Below, one piece after another: positions 51,321 to 61,066 of a stretch of 64,000 bases of DNA; position 1 is the first letter of the stretch; every line of letters begins with the position of its first letter. The notes beneath the pieces are model-generated. The model made no database searches and was not told where the DNA came from. It was given only the letters and a program-made list of their open reading frames with translations. Made by a program: the position numbers and the translations under genes. This DNA comes from an uncultured Clostridia bacterium (GTDB taxonomy: Bacteria; Bacillota; Clostridia; Christensenellales; DTU072), in NCBI GenBank assembly GCA_944372095.1, contig CALVYG010000001.1, positions 26,036-90,035 of the forward strand, in the 5' to 3' direction.

Positions 51321-54131
51321 TTATTCCTGTCCGTTATTGTTTTCGACAAAAAATGCAAATACGTAATTATCGTCGTCGCGCCCTTCGAAAATCAAAATTT
51401 TCATATTATTGTTAATATCGTCAACCGTAAACCCGACACCGACGCCCGTCATAGCGTTAACTATACCGTCCGCCAGAATGTTCTGCCCGCCTTCGCCGCT
51501 GTTTTCAAGTATAAGGTATTTCGGCGCGCAGAAATCCAACATCAGTTCGTTATCTCCGTATATCTCTTTCAGTTCAACGTATTTTGCAAATATTGCCGTT
51601 AATTCTTCTTCATTTTCGGCATAATAATCGTCCGTTTCGCCGTCGTCAATCAACACGTCGCCGTAAATGTCGTAAACTGTCTGCGCGACGTATTTCCCTT
51701 TCCATTTGTCGTTGTAAACATATCCGCTTTTATTGACAAGCATATCGTCGGTCGTAAGTATAAACGTATGATTGATAACTTCTATTCCCGTTCCGTCTTT
51801 CGTTTTTGAAAGAGTGTTTGCGGCGGTACAATCCACTACCATCCATTCTCTTAATCCGTCGCCGTTCACGTCGATATAAACTTTGTTCCACGCATGGTTT
51901 ACTCCGTTCATCGTTCCGTCTACGCGAACCGATTTAATTCCTTCTATCGCGCAAAGCGCAGTAAAAGCTTTACTTATACCGTCGCATACCGCTATTTTAT
52001 CGATTATTGCTCCTTCGAGATAAAAACATCTGTATGAATATAATTCGTCCGCCATTTCGGGGTTATTGAATATTTCGTAAGTTTCGTTATCGTACGCAAC
52101 GGTTTTTACAAGATATTCCGCTATCGCAATTACTTTATCTTTTTCGCTGAACCCGTTTCCGATAATATTGCGCAGAATATTTTTCATTTCCGAATAAACC
52201 TCCTGCGCCGTCGTTCCGTCCTTAACGTCGGGTTTATAACCGTTTTCAAGCGCAAACACAAGCTGCTCGGTATTGCTGACCGTCATAACGGCTTTAACGT
52301 GTTCTATCGCAAAATCGTTAAATCCGCGCTCTCTGTTTCCCTCTTTTGCAAATCCGATAAAATCAATCTGCTCATATGTTCCGTCTATGCTCGTTTTCGT
52401 AGGTTCGTCTTTATAATCGCCGAACGTTACGGTAACTTTGTTTTCGGTTTCGCTACACTTTACAGAGATACTACACGAAACGGATATTTCTCCTGCCGCC
52501 GTAATATAAAAACTCTCTTCCTCGTCTTCGTCGAGTCCGTATACCACCGCGGTCGCGCTGCTTATCCTGTTAAACATAAGAAAATCGAGAAATCTCGGAT
52601 ATTCGTTTTTCGTCACGTAATAAACGTCATCGAAAGGCTCGAACCTCCAATATGAATCTTTCGTATAAAGAGCGTAAAGAGTTTTATTCCCCGTAAGCCC
52701 CGTAAACCCGTCAAAACTTTGGGTATACTCTTCGTCGAAATACCAACCGCAAAATTTGTATCCGCCCGGAACAACGGCGTCCGCGAGCGTTTTCGTTGAT
52801 TCTATCGTATAATACGTCGGATTGGACGCGGGATTTTCCGCCGCACCCGTATAATAGGTTATATTGTATTTCACGGGGAAAAATACGGCTTCAAGCGTAA
52901 TATTCCCGTTAATGACGGAATTGAAATCAAATTCTTTTTCGGTACTTTCTTCCGCCCAGTATCCGAACGTATATCCCGTTTTTTCTTCTTCGTAAACATA
53001 AGGCGTTTCTATCACGTCTCCTCGCGAAATATTATCCACGTTTACGCTTTCTCCGTTTACTTTATATGTAACGGTTACGTTGCTTTCATCGTATTGACGG
53101 ATAATTATACCGTAAGTTTCGGACTTATTTCCTGCCTCCGCCGTAACAGTCAGCTCGTAACTGTATTCTTTTATGCCGCTTGTTCCGATATTTGCGTTTA
53201 TTTCCGCATTGTTTCCTATTGTCTGTCCGTCCGAATTCCTGATTTTAACCGAACTTCCCTCGCTGAATACAAAATACCTCGGAATATTGATTGTCTGAGC
53301 GCTGCTGTCGGTGTATATTACAAAGTAATTGCCTTCTTTTATACTCAGTCCTTTACGCACTCTCATTTCCGCCAGAAGACAGGCATACCTTGCGTAAAAA
53401 GTTTTATTTCCGCTGTCTCCGTCAAGTTCGGATACTTTTTCTCCCGAAAAATCCGGTTCGGTATACCAACCGACAAATTCATAATTGTCCTTTACGGGTT
53501 TTGTAAGAGTTATCATATCGGTTATACGGTAAGTCGTTTCCGGCGTAACTCCTTCGAATTTTCCGCCGTTAAGTTCGTATTTTATCGTATAATCGGCATA
53601 ATCCCACCCGACGTATATTTCCGTTTCTGCCGTTACGGGCGTATCGAGATTATACACTTTCGTACATTCTTCGTCCTGATACCAGCCCTTAAAAATATAT
53701 CCGTCGCTTTTCGGCGCGCTTATTTCGATTCTTTCACCGTAATTTACTTTTATTATGTCGTTTCCGTTATGTTTGTCTATAATTTTAACGTCAAACTGCG
53801 CCGTTTTATATATCGGATAGATATTGACCACGCTTGCTGCTTTTTCCCCGGGCACGACAGGATTTTTCCCTTCCTCGTCAAGATACCAGCCGACAAATTC
53901 ATACCCCGTTTTCACAGGTTCTTTGGTCGGTATTTTAAGCCTGCCCGACGAATCCACAAAGTCCGATGCCGTATAGTCTCCGTCGACGTATAAATTTACC
54001 ATTATCGTAACTTTATCGGTTTTATCCGCAGAATTGTTTCCTGTCTCTCCGCCGAATAAACTGCACGCGCTCAGAATTGCGCCGATTGCAATTATAAGTA
54101 TTATTACGGATATTATTTTTCTTATTTTCAT
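51321..54131 (-). CDS. Lipoprotein with InlB B-repeat-like domains and C-terminal transglutaminase-like domain
   Basis: Lipobox LSAC; five GY-x-F-x-GW-type repeats; AVCDG, HAWNKV, VDCT triad. Confidence 0.88.
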   Translation of the reverse strand: MKIRKIISVIILIIAIGAILSACSLFGGETGNNSADKTDKVTIMVNLYVDGDYTASDFVDSSGRLKIPTKEPVKTGYEFVGWYLDEEGKNPVVPGEKAASVVNIYPIYKTAQFDVKIIDKHNGNDIIKVNYGERIEISAPKSDGYIFKGWYQDEECTKVYNLDTPVTAETEIYVGWDYADYTIKYELNGGKFEGVTPETTYRITDMITLTKPVKDNYEFVGWYTEPDFSGEKVSELDGDSGNKTFYARYACLLAEMRVRKGLSIKEGNYFVIYTDSSAQTINIPRYFVFSEGSSVKIRNSDGQTIGNNAEINANIGTSGIKEYSYELTVTAEAGNKSETYGIIIRQYDESNVTVTYKVNGESVNVDNISRGDVIETPYVYEEEKTGYTFGYWAEESTEKEFDFNSVINGNITLEAVFFPVKYNITYYTGAAENPASNPTYYTIESTKTLADAVVPGGYKFCGWYFDEEYTQSFDGFTGLTGNKTLYALYTKDSYWRFEPFDDVYYVTKNEYPRFLDFLMFNRISSATAVVYGLDEDEEESFYITAAGEISVSCSISVKCSETENKVTVTFGDYKDEPTKTSIDGTYEQIDFIGFAKEGNRERGFNDFAIEHVKAVMTVSNTEQLVFALENGYKPDVKDGTTAQEVYSEMKNILRNIIGNGFSEKDKVIAIAEYLVKTVAYDNETYEIFNNPEMADELYSYRCFYLEGAIIDKIAVCDGISKAFTALCAIEGIKSVRVDGTMNGVNHAWNKVYIDVNGDGLREWMVVDCTAANTLSKTKDGTGIEVINHTFILTTDDMLVNKSGYVYNDKWKGKYVAQTVYDIYGDVLIDDGETDDYYAENEEELTAIFAKYVELKEIYGDNELMLDFCAPKYLILENSGEGGQNILADGIVNAMTGVGVGFTVDDINNNMKILIFEGRDDDNYVFAFFVENNNGQE

Positions 54132-54206
54132 TATTTTCTCCTCTTATCCCCTTATCTTTCGGCTTTATCGTATTTATCAATCCGGTTTTTATCCGTTAAA
54201 ATACAT

Positions 54207-54251
54207 AAAATCCGCTTGCCGTACGTTGTAAGACGATAATGCAAGCGGATT
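54207..54251 (-). terminator. Terminator after acpP
   Basis: AATCCGCTTGC...GCAAGCGGATT, U-rich tail on the minus strand. Confidence 0.65.
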
Positions 54252-54273
54252 AAGTCAAAGTAATATTTCCGTT

Positions 54274-54498
54274 TTATTTCTTTTTCTCTATAAGGCTGAC
54301 CGCATCGCGCACCGTCTTGATTTCGGCAATTTCATCGTCTTCGAAACTTACTCCGAATTCCTTTTCCATCGCTATAAGCATCTGCACGATATCGAGACTG
54401 TCCGCGCCGAGGTCGTCGACGAATTTCGATTCTTCGTTTATTTCACTCGCGTCGATATAGAGTTGTTCTGCTATAAGGTTCTTAATTTTATCAAGCAT
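54274..54498 (-). CDS. acpP: Acyl carrier protein
   Basis: DDLGADSLD phosphopantetheine motif; SD AAGGAG. Confidence 0.95.
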   Translation of the reverse strand: MLDKIKNLIAEQLYIDASEINEESKFVDDLGADSLDIVQMLIAMEKEFGVSFEDDEIAEIKTVRDAVSLIEKKK

Positions 54499-54516
54499 TG
54501 TTATCTCCTTTGCTTT

Positions 54517-55371
54517 TTATTTTATTACATACGTCTGCTTGCTTGCGACATAATCGAGTACCTGGATTTTCTTATTTATAAACAGGGGAAGAATCATCAT
54601 AACCGCAAGTATTCCCGCTATGACGTAAGCGCCTATCGCTATTTCGAACATATCTTTCTTTATGAACATTATCGCAATGTCGGCTATGGCTAACAACAAT
54701 GCTATAAGCGTCCATACGTTGAGTTTCCCGAGCGGTTTCATTTTTGCGAGCTTTACAAGCGCGTTAATCATTATAATTACGCAGAACAGCATTATTACAG
54801 CATAAAGTAAAGGTACGATTACGCTGAATATAACGCTCATATCTCCCGCAAGCAGATTGTTTATTGCGTCGGATTCGGTAAACAGCCAAAGCAGGCTGTC
54901 AATCGCCGTACTGGTGCCGTAAACAGGCAACAGACTTGCCACAATTATAACCGCAACCGCAAACAATGCCACAAACGCGCTTATTCCCGCATAAGCTTTC
55001 GGTTTATAAACGGGTTCCGGAGCCGCCGTATGTTCGACCGGCGGACGGTAATTGGGGTCATATTGCACCAGCGGCTGATTCTGCGTAGTATACGGAACCA
55101 TCGCTATCGGCTGCACTATCGGCGGAAGCTGTACTATCTGCGACGGCATAGGGATTGCGTTATTCATATTCGCTCCTATCGGCGTCGGATTGGTAAAACT
55201 CGTCGTTTCTTTGGCATAGTAAAACGCTCCGTCTTCTCCGAGACTCGGTCTGTTCGGGTCTTCGCTTACTCCTGCCGGCGCTTCGCGTTCGTCCACGGGC
55301 ACCCATTTCCCGGATACTCCGTTCAGCGTTCCGCTGTGTATCTGCTGGTTTACTTCGTAAGGGTTTGCCAT
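54517..55371 (-). CDS. Hypothetical four-TM protein with Pro/Gln-rich N-terminus
   Basis: QLPPIVQPIAMVPYTTQNQP motif; four hydrophobic helices; SD AGGAG. Confidence 0.85.
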   Translation of the reverse strand: MANPYEVNQQIHSGTLNGVSGKWVPVDEREAPAGVSEDPNRPSLGEDGAFYYAKETTSFTNPTPIGANMNNAIPMPSQIVQLPPIVQPIAMVPYTTQNQPLVQYDPNYRPPVEHTAAPEPVYKPKAYAGISAFVALFAVAVIIVASLLPVYGTSTAIDSLLWLFTESDAINNLLAGDMSVIFSVIVPLLYAVIMLFCVIIMINALVKLAKMKPLGKLNVWTLIALLLAIADIAIMFIKKDMFEIAIGAYVIAGILAVMMILPLFINKKIQVLDYVASKQTYVIK

Positions 55372-55390
55372 AATTTCTTCTCCTGATAAT

Positions 55391-55876
55391 TTATTTCGTT
55401 ATGTTAAGCGGTATTTTTATCGCTTCCGTCTGTATCGTTTTCGAAGGTTTCGGTATCGGTATCGGTCCGGCTCCCGGCAAAGTCGTATAACTTACCGGCG
55501 TTTCAAATACCCTGCCGTATTCGTCGCTCGTGTAATACTTGGGTATTCCGAGTTGCGCCATTGCATCCGTAGCATAGCATGAACGGATAACCTCTTCCAC
55601 GCCTCTCGACGCATAACACGGCGCTTTCGGCGCAGGTATTTTCCCGCAGCTTCTGTCTACGTATACCGTCGGCAGTTCCGGCTCAGCCATACTCGCGTCA
55701 CGCAACGTTATTGCTCTCATATACGCGTCTTTGGGTCTCTTCCCTCCGCATTTGGGACATCTTTTCGGCATTAACGATATATCCCATCCGCATTGAGGAC
55801 AATAATAATGCAATATATTATTATCTTCGTCCACTCCGGTTTTCAACGCCCTTCTGATTCTCTTGTCCATAGCCAC
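55391..55876 (-). CDS. Hypothetical soluble zinc-ribbon, Pro-rich protein
   Basis: CPQCG-x8-CPKCGGKRP; start may be ATG 55870. Confidence 0.8.
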   Translation of the reverse strand: MAMDKRIRRALKTGVDEDNNILHYYCPQCGWDISLMPKRCPKCGGKRPKDAYMRAITLRDASMAEPELPTVYVDRSCGKIPAPKAPCYASRGVEEVIRSCYATDAMAQLGIPKYYTSDEYGRVFETPVSYTTLPGAGPIPIPKPSKTIQTEAIKIPLNITK

Positions 55877-55908
55877 TCCTGTTTAATTTTTGTTTCTTTC
55901 ATCTATGT

Positions 55909-56757
55909 TTATACTCTTTGTTTCTTTCCGCGCGCGCACACGGTCAATATAAATATTATCAACGACAGCGCCGCAAGAATTATCAATCCGTATGTTTCAA
56001 ATTCTATTTTCACAACCGTAAACGCAACGACGGCTGCTCCCGCGTTCAATAAAAACGTCAATGCCGCTATTATTTTAACGAATACCGACGTTCTTCCCGC
56101 TACAGTTATCAGCGAAAACAACGTCGTAATAACCGTAAATACTGCCGACGCGGCAATCAATACGGACAAAATTGACGTTCCCTGCGTTACATCGAACCCT
56201 CCTCCGGTTATATCCGTTATCAATTGACGTATTATTCCGAATGCCGCCTGTCCGTCATAAAGGTAATTGTAATTAAACCCTTCAATCATTCCGCCGAAAT
56301 CGAATAAAAGCGCGATATAAACTATTCCAAGAATTGCGCTTATTATTGCCATAACGTTGGTTTTCCTTCCCGATTTAACGGAATTCTGAGACAAAACTTC
56401 CGATTCGGCTGTTCTTTGCACTCTTGACGCCGTGTTTGAACGCAAATACGACGCGTCTCCTTCGGGAAGAGCATAGCTTTCTTCTTCGTCGAACAAATCT
56501 TCATAATAAGTTGCAGGCAACTCTTCTTCTCTGTTTTTTTCTCCCTCGGGATTATAGTAATACATAGGTTGCTGAGTCGAAACGTAAGGAACCACTACCA
56601 ACGGCTGAATAAGCGGAGTAGTTTTTACCGAATCGACAGACGTCTGAGAGGAAACAAGTTCTTCTTTCGGCGCAAGGGAAACCGCGGGCGCAGGCGCGCT
56701 CTTCTCGGCAGGCGATGTCTGCCACCAGTTTATGTACTTTATTCTTCTAGCGTCCAT
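55909..56757 (-). CDS. Hypothetical four-TM protein
   Basis: PLIQPLVVVPYVSTQQP motif; LYDGQ loop motif; four TM. Confidence 0.85.
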   Translation of the reverse strand: MDARRIKYINWWQTSPAEKSAPAPAVSLAPKEELVSSQTSVDSVKTTPLIQPLVVVPYVSTQQPMYYYNPEGEKNREEELPATYYEDLFDEEESYALPEGDASYLRSNTASRVQRTAESEVLSQNSVKSGRKTNVMAIISAILGIVYIALLFDFGGMIEGFNYNYLYDGQAAFGIIRQLITDITGGGFDVTQGTSILSVLIAASAVFTVITTLFSLITVAGRTSVFVKIIAALTFLLNAGAAVVAFTVVKIEFETYGLIILAALSLIIFILTVCARGKKQRV

Positions 56758-56763
56758 ACTTTT

Positions 56764-57414
56764 CTACCCGTTCTCCTTGACACTTTTTTTTCCTGTTCCG
56801 GCAATGGCGCTTACCAGAAACGCAAGAGCGGAGGCGGCTACCGCCGCACCCATCGGCACTGCCGAACTTTTCGTAATTCCTATTATTGCCGCGCACATCA
56901 TCAGCGCAAATGCCGCAAACGTTCCTATTATTACGGCAAATCCCATTCCTTCTTTCCTTAACCTTGTCAAAGGCCACACCAATCCGAAACAAATTTCCGC
57001 AACAACCGCAAGCAGACACGCAACAGCCGCAACAGTATCCGCCGCGTCGGCGTATTTTCCGCCGAAAAGCAGTTTTACAACGGTAAGCGCGCTCTGTCCG
57101 TCATATAATGCAAACGCCGATGCCGCACTGCCTTCGAGTTTTACCGTACTGCCTATGACTATCCATACGGTAAACAATAAAGCGCATATTGCAGTCAATA
57201 TTGCCGCAACGTTTATCTTTTTATTTTCCTTGGCGGACTGCACGTCTTCCGCCGCTGCAACTTCCTCTCCCGCCGAAGTGTATTTCACGGGAAGAACAAC
57301 TCCGTTTTCCTTAACGTAACGCTTAAACTGCGGCAATTCGAGATAATCCTTATACGAAACGAATGCGCTTATTTCCGTAACGTCATCGAAATCGTCGATA
57401 TTTATCTCTCTCAT
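56764..57414 (-). CDS. Hypothetical four-TM protein
   Basis: YKDYLELP N-terminal motif; LYDGQ loop motif; four TM. Confidence 0.85.
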   Translation of the reverse strand: MREINIDDFDDVTEISAFVSYKDYLELPQFKRYVKENGVVLPVKYTSAGEEVAAAEDVQSAKENKKINVAAILTAICALLFTVWIVIGSTVKLEGSAASAFALYDGQSALTVVKLLFGGKYADAADTVAAVACLLAVVAEICFGLVWPLTRLRKEGMGFAVIIGTFAAFALMMCAAIIGITKSSAVPMGAAVAASALAFLVSAIAGTGKKSVKENG

Positions 57415-58320
57415 TTATTCCTCGCCCTTGCCTTTCTCCGCAGTTTTATCTTTACCGTAGGCAACACAGGTACAGATAAACGTTATTACAGGGACTATAA
57501 TCATAAGATAAAGTCCGTATCCTGCGGTAAAATCACCGCTTCCGGTAAAGAAACCGCCTATTTCCGACGCCTGCGTTCCGCTTATTGCCAGTCCTCCGAC
57601 AAGCACTATCAAAGAACACAGAAACATAATTATACTGAGAAATCCGAGACGGGCTTTCGCATATGTACCGTCTTCTCTCTTCTTCCCCGCAACGCCCGCT
57701 ATCGCCGCTATAAGCATTATCAAAGCGAAAACTATGTACAACGCAATCGCAACGGGAACGATATATCCGGCGAAAGAGCTCAGAAAATCCTCTCCGAACA
57801 GTTCGAAACATTTTCCGAATTCAGCAGGAATACTGCCCGTTTCTATTCCGAATTTCTCGGACAGAAAACTCATAAACGGGTCGGTCATCGGGAAATTCGT
57901 TTCGACAACGTAATTATAATTATATATGGATATAACGTTCTTGAACGGAACGGTAAACAATCCGCATACGGCAAAGAACAGAATTGCAACGACCAATATT
58001 ATCGGTATTACGAGAAAAAGAGTTCTTTTTTTCGTATAAGCGTTGGTTCTTGACGGTTTCTGAACTTTCTGTGGCTTCTCTGCCGTTTCCGGGAAATCGT
58101 ATGACGGCGCTTCGGAAGGCTCAATCCCGAAAAGCTCCGCTCTGAGGCGGTTCGCCATCTGCTCGACTTCCCCGCGGTAAATCACGCTTCCCTCGTCGTT
58201 ATATACCGAAAAGCTCTGCGGTAAAGTCATATTATATCTGTTATACTGGTTTTCCGAAAGCCGTACGGGAACTTTTCCGTCCGTTCCGGTTCCGTTACCG
58301 GTTTTTTTCACTGCACTCAT
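57415..58320 (-). CDS. Hypothetical four-TM protein
   Basis: GFLSII...GG...TAGYGLY...AYGK; likely start MSAVKK at 58320. Confidence 0.85.
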   Translation of the reverse strand: MSAVKKTGNGTGTDGKVPVRLSENQYNRYNMTLPQSFSVYNDEGSVIYRGEVEQMANRLRAELFGIEPSEAPSYDFPETAEKPQKVQKPSRTNAYTKKRTLFLVIPIILVVAILFFAVCGLFTVPFKNVISIYNYNYVVETNFPMTDPFMSFLSEKFGIETGSIPAEFGKCFELFGEDFLSSFAGYIVPVAIALYIVFALIMLIAAIAGVAGKKREDGTYAKARLGFLSIIMFLCSLIVLVGGLAISGTQASEIGGFFTGSGDFTAGYGLYLMIIVPVITFICTCVAYGKDKTAEKGKGEE

Positions 58321-58350
58321 TCTGCCCTCTCCCTGCAATCAGTTTCAAAA

Positions 58351-58647
58351 TCAATCCCAATCGTCAAAGTCGTCAAAATCGTCATCGAAATCGTCGCTCT
58401 TATTGATACTGCTTTCCGCCTGCATAGGCGTCGGAACAAACGATATCGGCTGAATAATCGGAGGAAGCTGAATGGCGTTCATCTGACCGCTCGATACCGG
58501 CAGCGACATACCGTTAAGCGACCCAAAAGACACTCCGGGAAAATACATAGGCTGAGCCGCCGCAGCATTCCTTTCCGCCTCTTCCGTTCTTCTGCGCTCT
58601 TCCGCAAGCCGTGCTTCTTCAAGTTCTCTTTTCTTTTTTCTGGTCAT
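58351..58647 (-). CDS. Hypothetical small soluble protein
   Basis: SD GGGAGG; charged helix, QLPPIIQPISFVP motif, (DDF)n acidic tail. Confidence 0.8.
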   Translation of the reverse strand: MTRKKKRELEEARLAEERRRTEEAERNAAAAQPMYFPGVSFGSLNGMSLPVSSGQMNAIQLPPIIQPISFVPTPMQAESSINKSDDFDDDFDDFDDWD

Positions 58648-58678
58648 TTTTGCCTCCCCGTTATATATCCTTTTACGA

Positions 58679-59863
58679 TTAGCCTCTTCCGCTTCTCGCC
58701 CTCGCGTCGCGCAAGGATTCTCTGTATTCGTACATTATTATCGGCTGCGTGATTTCTCTGCTTCTCAGTTTCTTTTCGAGCAGGAAGAAAGATAAAATCA
58801 ATCCGACAAGCGGCAATGCCACCATTATCAGCAATCCGTATCCTGCCGTAAATCCGCCCGTTCCCGTAACGATACCGATAAGATAATTCACGATATTTCC
58901 GAATTCCATCTTTGCATTTATGTCAACCGTGCAAGCATATCCGCCGATTGCCACAATTAGCGCAAGAATTATCATAATCAGACATTCTATCGACGTGTGA
59001 CGGTATATTCTTCTGTCTCCGGACGCCCAGCATATGAACGTTTTTATCACAAGCGTAAGCGCGAAAATCACATACAGTATTATCGCCGCGGGAAACGCCT
59101 GAATGAGTATTGCCGCAAGATTATCGCTCATACCCGTCTCGACTTTCGATATCTGCATGTCGTACCAAGCCGAATCTCCTATCGTAAGGTCGTAATTGAA
59201 AAGCTTGGCTATGTAAGAAATCCAACCGTAAACGGGGTCGCTGAATTTGTAGTATGTTCCGGTTGCTTCCGAAACAGTCTCTCCGCTTTCGTCTCCGGTT
59301 TCTTCTCCGTCAGCAGTTTCTCCGTCAGCAGTTTCTCCGTCTCCGGTTTCGTCCGTATTTTCTCCGCTTTCGGCGTTTGCGGGAGTTTCCTCTCCGCCGT
59401 TTTCGTCTTCCGTATTTTCGTTATTTTCGTCCTGGTTATCGGCAGGCGTCTGCGCCTTTGCTTCCGTTTCCGCAAATATGGCGGTGTACTGGTCCACCAT
59501 AGGTATTTCCACCGGTATAAAAGACAACGCAACCAGCGCGAGCGCAACAAGGAATACTATTGTCATCAGGAACCCGACGGGTTTCCTGCAAAACTTCATT
59601 TTTTGTATATCCGCGGCAAAACGGTGGTCAACTTCCGGCACTCCCCCGCCCGCAACGGGTCCGCTTGTCTGCGGCGTATAATCGTAATCGCCGTCTCCGT
59701 ATCCCGACAGATACCTGTCGCGTTCGCGCGAATTGGAAATTGCCGCCTGTCGACGTTCGGTAAGCATTGCGCGTCTTTCTTTTGCTTTCCTGCGCTTTGC
59801 CAGTGCCTGCATTTGTTCCTTAGTCAACGGTTTCTTTCCCGAACCCGTTATGTTGTTAGCCAT
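58679..59863 (-). CDS. Hypothetical four-TM protein with acidic loop
   Basis: SD AAGGTGG before ATG 59863 (MANNIT); TAGYGLL; E/D/T-rich loop. Confidence 0.85.
   Translation of the reverse strand: MANNITGSGKKPLTKEQMQALAKRRKAKERRAMLTERRQAAISNSRERDRYLSGYGDGDYDYTPQTSGPVAGGGVPEVDHRFAADIQKMKFCRKPVGFLMTIVFLVALALVALSFIPVEIPMVDQYTAIFAETEAKAQTPADNQDENNENTEDENGGEETPANAESGENTDETGDGETADGETADGEETGDESGETVSEATGTYYKFSDPVYGWISYIAKLFNYDLTIGDSAWYDMQISKVETGMSDNLAAILIQAFPAAIILYVIFALTLVIKTFICWASGDRRIYRHTSIECLIMIILALIVAIGGYACTVDINAKMEFGNIVNYLIGIVTGTGGFTAGYGLLIMVALPLVGLILSFFLLEKKLRSREITQPIIMYEYRESLRDARARSGRG
59303..59341. repeat. In-frame 15-bp tandem repeat (~2.6 copies, GETAD units)
   Basis: TTCTCCGTCAGCAGT x2 plus TTCTCCGTC. 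Confidence 0.85.
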
Positions 59864-59918
59864 ATTCGCCACCTTTTTTATATTTATAGTACAAATATTT
59901 ATAATACTATACGCTACT

Positions 59919-59947
59919 ATTCTAGCATAGCGCTCCGAAAATATCAA
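59919..59947 (-). promoter_or_regulatory. Internal sigma-A promoter of the membrane-protein cluster
   Basis: TTGATA-17 nt-TAGAAT with TGn extension. Confidence 0.65.
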
Positions 59948-60055
59948 TACTTAATTTGTAAAAATTGCATTTTTTTTGGTATTATTTTGTATTTATCCAC
60001 TGCAAACTTTTTCCGTCCGTCAAAAATCTTCCCCATAGGGGAAGAATTGCCTCTT

Positions 60056-60094
60056 AAAACAAACCGACCGACTGTACCGGCAGTCGGTCGGTTT
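60056..60094 (-). terminator. Intrinsic terminator
   Basis: 14-bp stem AAACCGACCGACTG/CAGTCGGTCGGTTT, U-rich tail on the minus strand. Confidence 0.8.
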
Positions 60095-60117
60095 CACGTC
60101 AAGTTTGTTTTTGCCCG

Positions 60118-60978
60118 CTATTTTCTTTTCTTTCCGTACGCGATACAGCTCATTATGAACGTAACCGCCGCGGCTCCGAACATTACGTACAACCCGTATC
60201 CGGCCACCGCCGCTCTTTCCCCGCGCAAGAAGAAATCACCGATTGCGGTTATATCTCCTCCCGTTATGTAAATTCCGCCGATAAGACATATCGCACCGCA
60301 TAAAAGCGCAACTATCGATAAAAATCCGAATTTTCTTTTCTTGTAATATCCGCAGACGGTCCTTTTTTCAAACAACGCATAGGCGGATTTTATAAGCATT
60401 ATCACAAAACATACGGTAAACAGTATCACCGCGCAACTGACCGCATATACGGGTATAAGCGCATACTCGCTTCCTGCATCGGCATAATAAGCAATGTAAT
60501 TACCTTCGCCGTCTTTATCGAGAAGATATTCGAACATAGATACCACCGTATCGATTATACCTACGTCTCCGTCCTCGCTTTCGTATAGCGCTATGCTTTT
60601 ACCTATATCTCCGTTTTCGATTACCCCCATCCCGACAATTACCAGCATCGCAATACTGACCAGCAATATTACCGCTATCGGCAAAATATGTTTGCGAACA
60701 TAATTTTTGCTTGTTTTTACTTGCGTTTGGGGTTCCTTTTCTTGCGCTTTGGTTTCCTTTACCGGCATTTTGGCATTCTTTGCCAGTATCCCTATCTGAG
60801 TTTCGGACAGATAGCCGTTTACCGACATATCTTTTGTCCTCGGCGCACAAAGATAGTCAAAATATAACGGCGCGCCGAACCTCTCTACGCCTGCAAGAAA
60901 CTCCGGGTCCGTCATTTCGTCGAGGGTTTTATTTACTACTTCCGTTTCTTCTTCGAAAGAAGGTTTTTTCTTTGCCAT
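60118..60978 (-). CDS. Hypothetical four-TM protein
   Basis: YFDYLCAP motif; GFLSIV...GG...VAGYGLY...AYGK. Confidence 0.85.
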   Translation of the reverse strand: MAKKKPSFEEETEVVNKTLDEMTDPEFLAGVERFGAPLYFDYLCAPRTKDMSVNGYLSETQIGILAKNAKMPVKETKAQEKEPQTQVKTSKNYVRKHILPIAVILLVSIAMLVIVGMGVIENGDIGKSIALYESEDGDVGIIDTVVSMFEYLLDKDGEGNYIAYYADAGSEYALIPVYAVSCAVILFTVCFVIMLIKSAYALFEKRTVCGYYKKRKFGFLSIVALLCGAICLIGGIYITGGDITAIGDFFLRGERAAVAGYGLYVMFGAAAVTFIMSCIAYGKKRK

Positions 60979-61066
60979 TTATTTTTCTCCCGAAATATTT
61001 TTCTTTAATCGAAAAACATCCGCTTTACCTCGCGGGATAAATACGGATGTCGTTTTTATTCAGTAA

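Noticed and set aside
59993-60001. Single DnaA-like box TTATCCACT
   Set aside because: Isolated and mismatched; expected by chance.
58997-60271. 424-aa plus-strand ORF and other long antisense ORFs (14322-15479, 53094-53993, 61586-62705)
   Set aside because: Shadows of well-supported minus-strand genes, with atypical F/R/S-rich composition.
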